Source: an uncultured Clostridia bacterium (lineage in GTDB: Bacteria; Bacillota; Clostridia; TANB77; CAG-508). Taken from it: DNA of 64,000 nt. The first letter of the stretch is position 1. The number at the start of each line of letters is the position of its first letter. Positions 1 to 10,551 of this stretch are shown here, one piece after another. A program made the position numbers and the translations under genes. The notes beneath the pieces are model-generated. The model saw nothing but the letters and a program-made list of their open reading frames with translations, was not told the DNA's origin and made no database searches. The stretch is from assembly GCA_934120395.1 (NCBI GenBank), contig CAKOTZ010000006.1, positions 16,914-80,913 on the forward strand, written 5' to 3'.

Positions 1-132
1 TTGTAACAGGGTCGATGCCAGTTACAGGAATGCCGTTGCCGTTCTTTAGTTACCGGAGGAACAGCGCTAATTATTTTGCTCTGTGGAGTGGGAATACTAT
101 TAAATATATCTCGTCAAAGTTCGAAAGTATAA
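1..132 (+). CDS. SEDS-family (FtsW/RodA/SpoVE) protein, C-terminal fragment; frame changes +1 at CGG 54-56
   Basis: Frame 3 reads VTGSMPVTGMPLPFFSY. After skipping C54 it reads GGTALIILLCGVGILLNISRQSSKV*, restoring the canonical SEDS C-terminus (PLPFxSYGG). Lies directly upstream of murG as in dcw clusters. Confidence 0.7.
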
Positions 133-145
133 AAGGAGGAAAAAA

Positions 146-1258
146 ATGCGTGTTATAATAGCAGCAGCTGGAACAGGTGGACATATAAACCCAGGAATAG
201 CTATTGCAAACAAAATAATGCAAGAGGACAATAATTCAAAAGTCATATTTATAGGGACAACTAGAGGTATTGAAAATGATTTAGTACCTAGAGCGGGTTA
301 TGAACTAAAAACAATAGAAGCCTATGGTTTAAGTAAAAAAATAAATTTAGATAGTATAAGAAAAAATATAAAAACAATACAAGCGATTAAAAGTGCAAAA
401 AAAATAATAGATGATTTTAAACCAGATCTTGTAATAGGAACAGGAGGATATATTTGTGGACCTGTTATAATGGCGGCAAAGAAAAGAAAAATTGCAACAA
501 TGCTACATGAAAGCAATGCGTTTCCAGGTCTTGCAGTAAAAATGTTATCAAAAAAAGTAGATACTGTACTGGTAGGGTTTAAAGAAGCAAAAAATTATTT
601 GCCAAAAGCAAAAAAAGTGGTGGTAACAGGAACACCTACAAAAATTAATAAAAAAAATTTGAGCGTAGAAGAAAAGAAATTACAAAAAGAAAGAATAGGA
701 TTAAAAGCAAATTTGCCTACGGTATTGATTTTTGGAGGCAGTCAAGGAGCAAAAAAAATAAATGATGAGGTATTACCAATCATAGAAAACGAAAAAAATG
801 AGAATTATCAAATATTATGGGCACCAGGACAAAAAAATTATGATGAAGTAAAACAAGAATTAGAAGACAAGGCTAAAAATATACAAAATATAAAAAATGC
901 AAAAGTAGTACCATATATTTATAATATGGAGGAAGCGATGAATGTTGCGGACTTACTTGTATGCAGAAGTGGGGCAATTACAATAACTGAAATTGCAAAG
1001 CTAGGAAAGCCAGCTATATTTATACCATTACCTAATGTGAGTCAAAATCATCAAGAAAAAAATGCAAAAGTATTGCAAAAAGTTGGTGCAGCGTATATAA
1101 TATTGAATTCAGATTTAACAGCAGATAAACTACATGAAACTATAGAAGAAGTTATTACAAAGCCAGACAAACTAAATATGATGGGAGAAAATGCACAAAA
1201 AATAGAAGTTACGCATGTTGAAGATAAAATTTATGAGGAAATAAAAAAATTGTTGTAA
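146..1258 (+). CDS. murG: UDP-GlcNAc:lipid I N-acetylglucosaminyltransferase MurG
   Basis: 370 aa with the N-terminal AAAGTGGHINPGIAIA motif and C-terminal GAITITEIAKLGKPAIFIPLP. RBS aaaaggagga lies upstream. Confidence 0.93.
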   Translation: MRVIIAAAGTGGHINPGIAIANKIMQEDNNSKVIFIGTTRGIENDLVPRAGYELKTIEAYGLSKKINLDSIRKNIKTIQAIKSAKKIIDDFKPDLVIGTGGYICGPVIMAAKKRKIATMLHESNAFPGLAVKMLSKKVDTVLVGFKEAKNYLPKAKKVVVTGTPTKINKKNLSVEEKKLQKERIGLKANLPTVLIFGGSQGAKKINDEVLPIIENEKNENYQILWAPGQKNYDEVKQELEDKAKNIQNIKNAKVVPYIYNMEEAMNVADLLVCRSGAITITEIAKLGKPAIFIPLPNVSQNHQEKNAKVLQKVGAAYIILNSDLTADKLHETIEEVITKPDKLNMMGENAQKIEVTHVEDKIYEEIKKLL

Positions 1259-1487
1259 GCTATGTTTCTGTAAGTTTACAAAAAATACAAAATAATGACA
1301 TAGTTATTTCTTGAACTTTAAGTTTTTGTTACGTATACTATGAAATTTGTAAATATGGCAGAAAATAAAGTAAAAAATGGCGAAAGAATAAATAAATTGT
1401 TAAAACGTGCGACCAAAATTACTTGCAACCATGCAAAAATAAGGTATATAGTAAACTTAGTAAAAGCAAACAAAAGGGGGAAGTAAT

Positions 1488-1808
1488 TTGGGAGATACAA
1501 AATTTTTATATGGAGAGGTATTTTTAGAAGCAGAAGACTTAAAAGAAAGGAGTACCAAGAATCCAATAGAATTGATGTATTACAAAACACAACAAAGCAG
1601 AAATAGTTTAAACAATCAACCTTATAAAATATTTGGGATAGAAGTAATAAAAAAAGAACGTATAGGAGAGAAAATTCAAATAGAAAGTAGTAAAATAGAA
1701 TATATAAGCAAAAATGAAAAAACAGTAGATAAACTAATGGAACTTCTGAAAAATAATACAGTAACGCCGATTACATTAGAAGACGTAATAGGAGATATAT
1801 TACATTAA
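1488..1808 (+). CDS. hypothetical protein (106 aa)
   Basis: TTG start 7 nt after aaaggggg. No family recognised. A 48-aa ORF (1340..1486) lies immediately upstream. Confidence 0.4.
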   Translation: MGDTKFLYGEVFLEAEDLKERSTKNPIELMYYKTQQSRNSLNNQPYKIFGIEVIKKERIGEKIQIESSKIEYISKNEKTVDKLMELLKNNTVTPITLEDVIGDILH

Positions 1809-1844
1809 CAATAGAAGGGTGAAAAATTTCACTCTTCTATTGTT
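1807..1844 (+). terminator. 18-bp hairpin overlapping the stop codon
   Basis: aacaatagaagggtgaaa / tttcactcttctattgtt with 1 mismatch. No clear U-tract follows. Confidence 0.4.
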
Positions 1845-1928
1845 AACTATTTACAGTTAACAACAATTAGTATATAATTTTTCGTAGACTCTATATAAAG
1901 TGAGTATAATTATTGAAAGGAAGAAAAA

Positions 1929-3974
1929 ATGGTAGATAAATTAATAATAGTGGAATCACCCGCAAAGGCAAATACAATAAAAAAATTTCTCGGTGGAAAA
2001 ACAAAAGTTGTAGCTTCCATGGGACATATTAGAGATTTGCCAAAATCAAAAATGGGAATTGATATGGAAAATAATTTTGAGCCACAATACATTAATATAC
2101 GAGGTAAGGCAAGTTTAATAAAAGAATTAAAAAAAGATGCAAAAAATGCAAAACAAGTCTATCTTGCAACTGACCCCGACCGTGAAGGAGAAGCGATTGC
2201 ATGGCACTTAGCACATATATTAGAAATACCTGAAGATAAAACTTGTAGAGTTACTTTTAATGAAATAACAAAAGAAACTGTACAAAATGCCGTAAAAAAT
2301 CCAAGAAAATTGGATAAAGATTTAGTTAATGCACAGCAAGCTAGAAGAGTTCTAGACCGTATTGTAGGTTATAAAATGAGTCCAGTTTTATGGAAAAAGG
2401 TAAGAAAAGGATTATCAGCAGGAAGAGTACAGTCAGTGGCGGTAAAACTAATTGTTGATAGAGAAGAAGAAATAGAAAAATTTATACCAGAAGAATATTG
2501 GAATATTTATGCAAGACTGTCTAAATTAAATACAAAGAAAAAACAGGAATTTGATGCTCATTTTACAGGAAAAAATGGAAAAAAAATAGAATTAAATTCG
2601 CAAGAACAGGTAGAACAAATTGTAAAGGAAATTGAAAATGCACAATATCAAGTGCAAAAAATAAAAAAGAGTGAGAAAAAAAGAACACCTGCACCGCCTT
2701 TTACAACAAGTACAATGCAACAGGAAGCTTCAAGAAAGCTAGGATTTACGCTTAAGAAAACCATGGCAATAGCCCAAGGATTATATGAAGGTGTTAAGGT
2801 GCCATCAAGAGGCGTAGTAGGACTTATAACCTACATGAGAACTGATTCAACAAGAATATCAGAGGAAGCAAGAAAAGCTGCTAAAATGGAAATTGAGGAA
2901 AGTTATGGTAGCGAATATTATGAGAATAGATATTACAAAACAAAAGCAGATTCACAAGATGCACATGAGGCAATTAGACCAACATATATTGATTTAAAAC
3001 CAGAAAATATTAGAGATTCATTAACAAATGATCAATACAAATTATACAAGTTAGTGTACAATAGATTTTTAGCAAGTCAAATGGCTACTGCAATATTTGA
3101 CACAACGACTATTGATATAAGTGCTAATGAATATAATTTTAGAGCAAATGGACAAACATTAAAGTTTAAGGGCTTTATGGCACTATATGTAGAATCAGAA
3201 GATAATAAAAAAGAAGAAGAGTATTATTCTTTGCCAGAATTAGAAGAAGGAGAAATACTAAAAAAGGAAAACATAGAAAGCAAGCAAAGCTTTACAGAAC
3301 CACCACCACGATATACCGAGGCAAGTCTTGTAAAAGCGTTAGAAGAAAAAGGCATAGGCAGACCAAGTACGTATTCACCAACAATTACAACAATAATAGA
3401 AAGACATTATATTGAAAAAGATAAAAAGCAATTAGCTCCAACAGAGCTAGGAAAAGTGGTAAATAAGTTATTAACAGAAAACTTTAAAGACGTTGTAAAT
3501 GTTGAATTTACTGCTAAAATGGAAAGTCAATTTGATGAAATTGCAGAAGGAAAAGAAGATTGGAAAAAGGTAATTGAAGAATTTTATGGACCATTTGAAC
3601 TTGTTGTAGAAAAGGTTGATAAAGAATTAGAACATGTAAAACTAGAAGAAGAAGTAAGCGACATACCATGTGAAAAATGTGGAAGAATGATGGTAATTAA
3701 GTATGGTAGATATGGAAAATTTTTAGCATGTCCAGGATATCCAGAATGTAAAAATGCAAAACCATTAGTTGAAATAATTGATGTACCATGTCCGAAATGT
3801 GGAGCAAAAGTGCAAATAAGGAAAACTAGAAAAAAAAGAAATTATTACATATGTGAAAATAATCCAAAAAGTTGTGATTACATTTCTTGGAATAAGCCGA
3901 AGCCAGGGGAAAAATACGAAGAGGATAGCGAAAAGCCAAAATTAGAACAAAAAAACAAGAAAACAAAAAAATAA
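1929..3974 (+). CDS. topA: DNA topoisomerase I
   Basis: 681 aa. Toprim start LIIVESPAKANTIKKFLG, DPDREGEAIAWH, and C-terminal Cys4 zinc ribbons (CEKCG..CPGYPEC; CPKCG..C). Confidence 0.95.
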   Translation: MVDKLIIVESPAKANTIKKFLGGKTKVVASMGHIRDLPKSKMGIDMENNFEPQYINIRGKASLIKELKKDAKNAKQVYLATDPDREGEAIAWHLAHILEIPEDKTCRVTFNEITKETVQNAVKNPRKLDKDLVNAQQARRVLDRIVGYKMSPVLWKKVRKGLSAGRVQSVAVKLIVDREEEIEKFIPEEYWNIYARLSKLNTKKKQEFDAHFTGKNGKKIELNSQEQVEQIVKEIENAQYQVQKIKKSEKKRTPAPPFTTSTMQQEASRKLGFTLKKTMAIAQGLYEGVKVPSRGVVGLITYMRTDSTRISEEARKAAKMEIEESYGSEYYENRYYKTKADSQDAHEAIRPTYIDLKPENIRDSLTNDQYKLYKLVYNRFLASQMATAIFDTTTIDISANEYNFRANGQTLKFKGFMALYVESEDNKKEEEYYSLPELEEGEILKKENIESKQSFTEPPPRYTEASLVKALEEKGIGRPSTYSPTITTIIERHYIEKDKKQLAPTELGKVVNKLLTENFKDVVNVEFTAKMESQFDEIAEGKEDWKKVIEEFYGPFELVVEKVDKELEHVKLEEEVSDIPCEKCGRMMVIKYGRYGKFLACPGYPECKNAKPLVEIIDVPCPKCGAKVQIRKTRKKRNYYICENNPKSCDYISWNKPKPGEKYEEDSEKPKLEQKNKKTKK

Positions 3975-4071
3975 TCAAAAATATAATAAAAATGTGAATA
4001 TAGACTTTTCTTACTGAAATGGTAGAATGAAGACACTATAATAGTTATTCTATACTATGTAGTTACATGAT

Positions 4072-4122
4072 ATTATATTTTCCAAAAAACCACGTGTAAA
4101 CGTGGTTTTTTTGGAAAATATA
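4072..4122. terminator. long bidirectional hairpin terminator after topA
   Basis: attatattttccaaaaaaccacg tgtaaa cgtggtttttttggaaaatataat: about 23-bp stem with A/T runs on both sides. Confidence 0.7.
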
Positions 4123-4171
4123 ATGCTACTGCATAAAAAATATGTTATACTAAAACAAAAAAGGAGGACTT

Positions 4172-5474
4172 ATGGAACAAGAAGTAACAATTATAGGCGG
4201 TGGTTTAGCTGGATGTGAAGCAGCATATCAAATTGCCAAAAGAGGAATAAAGGTAAAATTGTATGAAAGAAAACCAAAAAGTTTTTCACCAGCACATAGT
4301 AATCCAAATTTAGCAGAAATTGTATGTAGTAACTCTTTTAAATCCAATTTAATAACAAATGCATGTGGTTTATTAAAAGAGGAATTACGAAACTTGGATT
4401 CACTATTAATAAAAATAGCAGACAAAACAGCTGTACCAGCAGGGCAAGCGCTGGCTGTAGATAGGGAACAGTTTTCAAAAGAAGTAACAGATTATATAAA
4501 ACAACATTCAAATATAGAAGTAATTGAAAATGAAGTAGCAGATATTCCAGATAAAGGAATAGTAATAATTGCAACAGGTCCTTTAACATCGAATCATTTA
4601 GCAGAAGGAATATCAAAATTAACAGGAGAAGATAAATTATATTTTTATGATGCTGCAGCACCTATAGTACAAAAAGAGAGCTTAGATATGAATATAGCAT
4701 TTTGGGGAGATAGATATGGAAAAGGAGATAGTAGCTATATTAATTTGCCAATGAATAAAGAAGAATATGAAAAATTTTATGAAGAATTAGTTAATGCAGA
4801 AGTAGTAAATTTACATGAATTTGAAAAAAAAGAGATATTTGAAGGTTGTATGCCAATAGAAATAATGGCAAAAAGAGGAGTTGATACGTTGCGTTTTGGT
4901 CCATTAAAACCAGTTGGATTTACGGATCCAAGAACAGGGGAAAGACCATATGCAATAGTACAATTAAGACAAGATAATCAAGCAGGAAGTCTATTTAATA
5001 TGGTTGGATTTCAGACAAATTTAAAATATGGAGAACAAAAACGAGTGTTTTCACTTATACCGGGATTAGCAAATGCTGAATTTATAAAATATGGTGTAAT
5101 GCACCGTAATACATACATAAATTCAGGTAATTTATTAGATAGTAGTTATTGTTTAAAAAATGATAGACGAATATACTTTGCTGGTCAAATAAGTGGAGTA
5201 GAAGGTTACGTAGAATCAATATCATCTGGTTTAGTTGCAGGAATAAATATTGCAAGAAATATAGAAGGAAAAGAAACAATATATTTTCCAAAAAATACGA
5301 TGATAGGAAGTTTAGCAAACTACATTTCAACACCAAAAAACAATTTTCAACCAATGAATGCCAATTTTGGAATATTACCACAATTAAATGAAAAAATAAG
5401 GGATAAAAAAATAAAATACGAAAAATTAGCTCGGACGAGCCCTAGAAGAATTAAGAAGTATAAAAGAAATTTAA
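4172..5474 (+). CDS. trmFO: methylenetetrahydrofolate--tRNA-(uracil54-C5)-methyltransferase TrmFO; frame changes +1 at CGG 5432-5434
   Basis: N-terminal [19 protein letters not shown] motif and TrmFO/Gid-like length. After the CGG the +1 frame gives [13 protein letters not shown]. The zero frame gives an Arg/Lys-rich tail running to 5506. Confidence 0.85.
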
Positions 5475-5566
5475 TTGACAAGATGACTATAAGTGTTGTA
5501 CAATAGAAACAGAAAAATGTAGCATTGAAAGACTTCAAGAAAAAGGACAGCAAAGGAGTGAGAAAA

Positions 5567-5893
5567 ATGAAAAAGCGGATTATTGCATTAATGGTAATAT
5601 CGCTAACGTTAGTAGTATTGCCAAGCACAAGAACATTTGCAAAATCGGACAATTTGTATCTACCACAAAATAGTATACAAATAGTAGAACTTTCAAGGCA
5701 TGGGCGAGACCATGGAGACAGATGGAGAAATCCACCGCCTCCAAGACACAGAGGACCAGACAGGCATATTCGGTCGGGGCATAGACCACCACCGCCACCA
5801 CCTCCACCTCCAAGATATAGACATAGAGATAGAGATAACAGTGCAATTTGGTGGTGGATAATAAATTCGATTATAATTGCAAATACAAGATGA
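5567..5893 (+). CDS. small secreted Arg/His/Pro-rich protein with a 9-Pro run
   Basis: RBS aaaggagtg, then signal peptide MKKRIIALMVISLTLVVLPSTRTFA. Contains PPPPRHRGPDRHIRSGHRPPPPPPPPPRYRHRDRD. Locally GC-rich. Carries two zero-frame CGG codons. Confidence 0.5.
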   Translation: MKKRIIALMVISLTLVVLPSTRTFAKSDNLYLPQNSIQIVELSRHGRDHGDRWRNPPPPRHRGPDRHIRSGHRPPPPPPPPPRYRHRDRDNSAIWWWIINSIIIANTR

Positions 5894-5911
5894 AACAATT
5901 AATCTGCTTTT

Positions 5912-5935
5912 GGGCACCAATTGGTGCCCTTTTTC
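5912..5935 (+). terminator. rho-independent terminator
   Basis: gggcaccaattggtgccc followed by ttttt. Confidence 0.75.
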
Positions 5936-5957
5936 CTTAAATAAGTAAAAACAGGTA

Positions 5958-5987
5958 TTGACAAAACAAATAACAATGCGATATAAT
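5958..5987 (+). promoter_or_regulatory. sigma-A type promoter for rpsU
   Basis: TTGACA (5958-5963), 18-nt spacer, TATAAT (5982-5987). About 100-nt leader before rpsU. Confidence 0.55.
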
Positions 5988-6085
5988 AAGGCATATTCAC
6001 GGGATAGATAAATACATAAAAAGTAATTCCCTAGAAAAATTTAGTCCCACAGTATGAGTTCAAACTTCGGAAGGAGGGAAAATAA

Positions 6086-6256
6086 TTGTCAGAGGTTAAA
6101 GTTAATAATGGAAATATAGAAGATGCTCTTAAGAGATTTAAAAGACAATGCGCAAGAAATGGAGTTCTACAAGAAGTAAGAAAAAGAGAGCATTATGAAA
6201 AACCAAGTGTAAAAAGAAAGAAAAAATCAGAGGCTGCAAGAAAAAGAAAATTCTAA
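6086..6256 (+). CDS. rpsU: 30S ribosomal protein S21
   Basis: Absent from the ORF track (56 aa). TTG start after ggaaggaggg. Translation: [56 protein letters not shown] hairpin plus T-run follows (6267-6296). Confidence 0.9.
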   Translation: MSEVKVNNGNIEDALKRFKRQCARNGVLQEVRKREHYEKPSVKRKKKSEAARKRKF

Positions 6257-6313
6257 AAAAGAAGGAGGGGGTGTATATTTATACACCTCTATTTTTATAA
6301 TAAAAGAAAGGAA

Positions 6314-6763
6314 ATGATTAATATGTTAAAGGAAAAATTATTAGAAGATTTAAAAAATTCTATGAAGAATAAAAATATTATTAGAAAAAATGTAGTACAA
6401 ATGATTAGAGCAGCTATATTGCAGGTAGAAAAAGACAAGGGAATAGAAGTAACTGATGAACAAATAATAGAAATTATGGCAAAAGAAGCTAAAAAAAGAA
6501 AAGATTCAATAGAGGATTATAAAAAAGGTGGAAGAGAAGATTTAGTAAAACAAATAGAAGAGGAAATTGCAATAATAAGCGAATATTTACCAAAACAATT
6601 AAGTAAAGAAGAAGTAGCAGAAATTGTAAAGCAAGTTATAGCAGAGGTTGGAGCAACTAGCATAAAAGATATGGGAAAAGTAATGAAATCAGCAAAAGAA
6701 AAAATAGGAGCAGCATCAGATGGAAAAACAATTAATGAAGTGGTAAAAGAACAATTAAACTAG
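6314..6763 (+). CDS. GatB/YqeY domain protein
   Basis: 149 aa. LKEKLLEDLKNSMKNKN...VKEQL is typical of YqeY and sits downstream of rpsU as in many Firmicutes. Confidence 0.8.
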   Translation: MINMLKEKLLEDLKNSMKNKNIIRKNVVQMIRAAILQVEKDKGIEVTDEQIIEIMAKEAKKRKDSIEDYKKGGREDLVKQIEEEIAIISEYLPKQLSKEEVAEIVKQVIAEVGATSIKDMGKVMKSAKEKIGAASDGKTINEVVKEQLN

Positions 6764-6828
6764 GAAGTTTTAATTTGAATAAAAAAGTAAGCATAAGGAT
6801 ATAATAGAAAAAAACGTAGGAGGAAAAC

Positions 6829-8103
6829 ATGAAAGAACAAGTAAGCCAAGTAAAAGAAGGCATAAAATTGCATGTAATACCAACTGATAAATTCAAAACG
6901 AATTTATTAGCGGTGTTTATAACTCTTCCATTAAATAGAGAAAAAGTAACAAAGGATGCTTTAATACCAGCAGTTTTAAGGAGGGGGAGCAAAAAGCTCA
7001 CAACTCAAGAAGAAATAAGTAAGTGCTTAGAAAATATGTATGGAGCAAGTTTTGATTGTGGAGTAGAAAAAATAGGGGATAACCATGTATTAAAATTTTA
7101 TTTAGAAGCATTAAACGATACTTATATTCCTAAATGCGAAAATTTAATAAAAACAAGTATAGATACTATGCTTGAAATTATATTTAACCCATATCAAGAA
7201 AATGGGAAATTTAAGGAAGAATACGTAAAAAGTGAAAAGACAAATTTAAAGCAAATTATAGAAGCTAAAATTGATAATAAAGATTTTTATGCAAGTGTGC
7301 GTTGCACAGAAGAAATGTATAAAGGAAAGCCATATAGTTTATACAAATATGGATATGTAGAAGATTTAGAGAAAATTACTGCAGATAATTTATATAAGTA
7401 TTATCAAGAGCTAATAGAAACATCTAAAATTGATATATTTGTATCTGGAAATTTTGAAGTAGAAAATATAAAAAGAATTGTAAAAGAAAATGAAAATATA
7501 ATGAATATAGGTGCTAGGAAGGAAGAATATTGCATAAATAATGAAAAAGTAGAAGATTTAAAAGAAATCACAACACAAGTAGTAGAAGAAAAAATGGATA
7601 TAGCACAAGGAAAAATAGTAATGGGTATAGATGTATTAGCAACGGATTTAGAAAGTAGATTTACAGCAGTACTTTACAATACCATATTGGGTGATAGTGC
7701 AAATTCGAAGTTGTTTCAAAATGTTAGAGAAAAAGCACACTTAGCTTATAGTGCAAGGTCAAGCTATATAAAAAACAAAAATGCAATATTTATACGAGCT
7801 GGCATAGAAATAGAAAATTATGAAAAAGCAATAAGCATAATAAAAGAACAATTAGAAGATATGAAAAAAGGAAATTTTAGTCAAGAAGATATAGATAATG
7901 CAAAAAAATATATAATTTCAGCAGTTGATTCAATTCCTGAAGAACAAGACACTGAAATAACATATTATCTTGGACAGGAATTATCGGCATCTTCCTATAC
8001 ACCAGAAGAATATAAGCAAAAAATAGAAGCTGTAGATAAAGAAAAAATTGTGAAATTTGCACAAAAAATTTCTATTAATACTATATTTTTCTTAAGAAAT
8101 TAG
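6829..8103 (+). CDS. M16-family peptidase-like protein (non-catalytic partner, no HxxEH)
   Basis: 424 aa, paired with the next gene. I found no zinc-binding motif. Confidence 0.7.
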   Translation: MKEQVSQVKEGIKLHVIPTDKFKTNLLAVFITLPLNREKVTKDALIPAVLRRGSKKLTTQEEISKCLENMYGASFDCGVEKIGDNHVLKFYLEALNDTYIPKCENLIKTSIDTMLEIIFNPYQENGKFKEEYVKSEKTNLKQIIEAKIDNKDFYASVRCTEEMYKGKPYSLYKYGYVEDLEKITADNLYKYYQELIETSKIDIFVSGNFEVENIKRIVKENENIMNIGARKEEYCINNEKVEDLKEITTQVVEEKMDIAQGKIVMGIDVLATDLESRFTAVLYNTILGDSANSKLFQNVREKAHLAYSARSSYIKNKNAIFIRAGIEIENYEKAISIIKEQLEDMKKGNFSQEDIDNAKKYIISAVDSIPEEQDTEITYYLGQELSASSYTPEEYKQKIEAVDKEKIVKFAQKISINTIFFLRN

Positions 8104-8113
8104 GGAGGGAAAA

Positions 8114-9388
8114 ATGCAAATTATTGAAAATACTAAGGTAAAAGAAAAATTATATATTGAAAAGCTAGAAAATGGTTTAACGGTAATGATAATACCCAAA
8201 AAAGGGGTGCGAAAAAAATATGCAATTTGGGGAACCTATTATGGTTCAATTAATAACCGTTTTGTAATACCAGGAGAAACAGAAATTACAGAGGTACCAG
8301 ATGGAGTAGCTCATTTTTTAGAGCATAAAATGTTTGAACAAGAAAATGGAAAAAATAGTTTAGATGTTTTATCTGCATTAGGGGTGAGTGCAAATGCATA
8401 TACTACAAATGATCATACAGCATATTTATTTGAATGCACAGATAATTTCACTCCAGCATTTGAAGAATTAGCAAATTATATACAACATCCATACTTTACA
8501 GATGAGAATGTAGAAAAAGAAAAGGGAATTATAGGACAAGAAATTAGTATGTACGACGATTCTCCATATTGGAGTATGTATATAAATGCCTTAAAAGCAA
8601 TGTATAGCAACAATCCTGTGAAGATAGATATAGCAGGAACGCAAGAAACAATTAGCAAAATTGATAAAGATATTTTATACAAATGTTATAACACATTTTA
8701 TCATCCGAGCAATATGGCATTAGTTTTATGTGGTGATTTTGAACCAGAAAAGTGCATAAAGGAGATTGAAAAAAAACAAGTAGCAAAAAAATCACAGGGG
8801 AAAATAAAGAGAGTTTTTGATGAAGAACCAGCAGAAATTGTAAAAAAACAAGTACGAACACAGATGGAAGTAAGCTTGCCAATGTTTGTTATAGGATATA
8901 AAGATACTCCAAAATCTGATGGAATAGTAAAAAAACATATAGCAATAGAAATTTTATTTAATTTAATATTTGGAAAAAGTTCGAGATTATACAAAGAGCT
9001 ATATGAAAAAGGTTTATTAATGCAAGAAATGGATATGAGTTATGAATATTCAAAAAATTATGCATATATCTTAATAGATGGTCAGTCACAAGAACCAGAA
9101 AAGGTCCAAGAAAAGTTAAACAAGGAAATAGAAAAAATAAAACAAGAAGGTATAAATCAGGAAGATTTTGAAAGAATTAAAAGAATGATTTATGGAGAAT
9201 ATATTCAAGAATATAATGAAGTAGGAAGCATTGCAAGGATGTTTTTAGCAGATTACTTTAAGGGAATAAATAGTTTTGATTATTTAGAAGAAATTGAGCA
9301 AATAACAAGGGAATATGCTGAGCAAATACTAAAAGACGTATTTGTGGAAAGTAAGCAAGTAATTTCTATTGTAGAACCAAAGGGGTAA
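8114..9388 (+). CDS. M16-family zinc peptidase (pitrilysin/insulinase type)
   Basis: 424 aa with the inverted zinc motif HFLEH in GVAHFLEHKMFE. Confidence 0.8.
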   Translation: MQIIENTKVKEKLYIEKLENGLTVMIIPKKGVRKKYAIWGTYYGSINNRFVIPGETEITEVPDGVAHFLEHKMFEQENGKNSLDVLSALGVSANAYTTNDHTAYLFECTDNFTPAFEELANYIQHPYFTDENVEKEKGIIGQEISMYDDSPYWSMYINALKAMYSNNPVKIDIAGTQETISKIDKDILYKCYNTFYHPSNMALVLCGDFEPEKCIKEIEKKQVAKKSQGKIKRVFDEEPAEIVKKQVRTQMEVSLPMFVIGYKDTPKSDGIVKKHIAIEILFNLIFGKSSRLYKELYEKGLLMQEMDMSYEYSKNYAYILIDGQSQEPEKVQEKLNKEIEKIKQEGINQEDFERIKRMIYGEYIQEYNEVGSIARMFLADYFKGINSFDYLEEIEQITREYAEQILKDVFVESKQVISIVEPKG

Positions 9389-9390
9389 AA

Positions 9391-10193
9391 ATGATAACAT
9401 TTCCTAGCTTAAACATAGAATTAAATATAAATTCTGTAGCCTTCACGATAGGAAATATCGAAGTATACTGGTATGCAATTATTATTGTAACAGCAATAGT
9501 AATTGCTATGCGGAATAATGAAAATAAATGATAATATATTTGGAATTAGATTTTGTACAATGATAGACTTAGCAATTTATCTAATTCCAATTTCATTTAT
9601 AGGAGCAAGAATTTATTATATATTATTTAACTTTAAAGCATTTGCAATGGATCCAATGCAAATATTTAATCTGAGAAATCGGAGGATTAGCAATATATGG
9701 TGCGATTATAGCTGGAACAATAACCTGTATAGTTTTTTGTAAAAAAAGAAAAATAAAAACATTAGATTTATTAGATTATTTGGCACCAAGTTTAGCTATA
9801 GGACAATCTATAGGAAGATGGGGTAATTTTATAAACCAAGAAGCATATGGAGCAGAAACAAGCAATTTCATGCGAATGGGGCTAATAGAAAACGGAAACT
9901 ATATTGAAGTACATCCGACATTTTTTTATGAATCAATGGCAACCTTAATAATATTTATATTTTTATTTGTGTTATCTAAAAAGAGAAAGTATGGTGGCGA
10001 GGTAACATATATGTATTTTATATTATATTCTTTGTCAAGATTTTTTATAGAAGGGATAAGAATCGACAGTTTAATGTTTTACCAATTTAGAATATCACAA
10101 TTAATTTCGATAGTGTTATTTATAATATTTACTAGTATTTTGCTATACAGTGAAAAGAAAAGTCAAAAAAGAGAAAATAATGTCGAAAAATAG
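9391..10193 (+). CDS. lgt: prolipoprotein diacylglyceryl transferase; two +1 frame changes at CGG 9511-9513 and 9680-9682
   Basis: Three ORF pieces in frames 1, 2 and 3. Joined by skipping C9511 and C9680 they read IVIAM|GIMKINDN...IGARIYYILFN...FNLRN|GGLAIYGAIIAG...GQSIGRWGNFINQEAYG, which are canonical Lgt motifs. Confidence 0.85.
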
Positions 10194-10296
10194 CGAGCGA
10201 AAGATACAGGAAAAGTTGTATTTTTGTTGAAATCAATGTAAAAATATGGTATCATAGAAACATGAAAATAACTTTTAGAATAGGAGTGTGGTATAT

Positions 10297-10479
10297 ATGA
10301 TAAATGATAAAATTTGTGCATTAAGAGAAAAATTAAATAAGAGCATAATAGATGGAGAAGATTATGAAATTATATACAAAATAAGCACTGAATTGGATGA
10401 CCTAATCGCAAGTTATTATAGGCAAGAAAAGGATGAAAAAGACATGAATCAAAACCAAAGCAAGGTAATAATATATTAA
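10297..10479 (+). CDS. Spo0E-like aspartyl-phosphate phosphatase family protein
   Basis: Small helical protein: ICALREKLNKSIIDGEDYEIIYKISTELDDLIASYY. RBS aggagtg upstream. Confidence 0.6.
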   Translation: MINDKICALREKLNKSIIDGEDYEIIYKISTELDDLIASYYRQEKDEKDMNQNQSKVIIY

Positions 10480-10500
10480 TTCCATTAAATTAAGGAAAAA

Positions 10501-10528
10501 AGCAACCCTATTTAGAGTTGCTTTTCTT
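10501..10528. terminator. hairpin terminator between convergent genes
   Basis: agcaac cctatttaga gttgct tttctt. Confidence 0.55.
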
Positions 10529-10551
10529 AAGGAGAATAGAGTTCTGATAAA

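Noticed and set aside
1340-1486. A 48-aa ORF (MKFVNMAENKVKNGERINKLLKRATKITCNHAKIRYIVNLVKANKRGK) ending 1 nt before the TTG start of 1488..1808.
   Set aside because: No clear RBS and no recognisable family, so it may be 5' UTR. Not called as a gene.
5347-5920. Minus-strand ORFs with a poly-Gly run, and other overlapping ORFs at the Pro-rich locus.
   Set aside because: They mirror the poly-Pro tract. The plus-strand ORF has an RBS and a signal peptide.
9503-10193. 9503..9742 and 9780..10193 as separate genes. The same question applies to 16861..17046, 17057..18010, 34745..35170, 35226..35996, 57840..58229, 58216..59487 and 61182..61682.
   Set aside because: Each pair or triple is one conserved gene (lgt, VirB6-like, PBP5-type carboxypeptidase, membrane protein, rluB) split only by the CGG +1 event.
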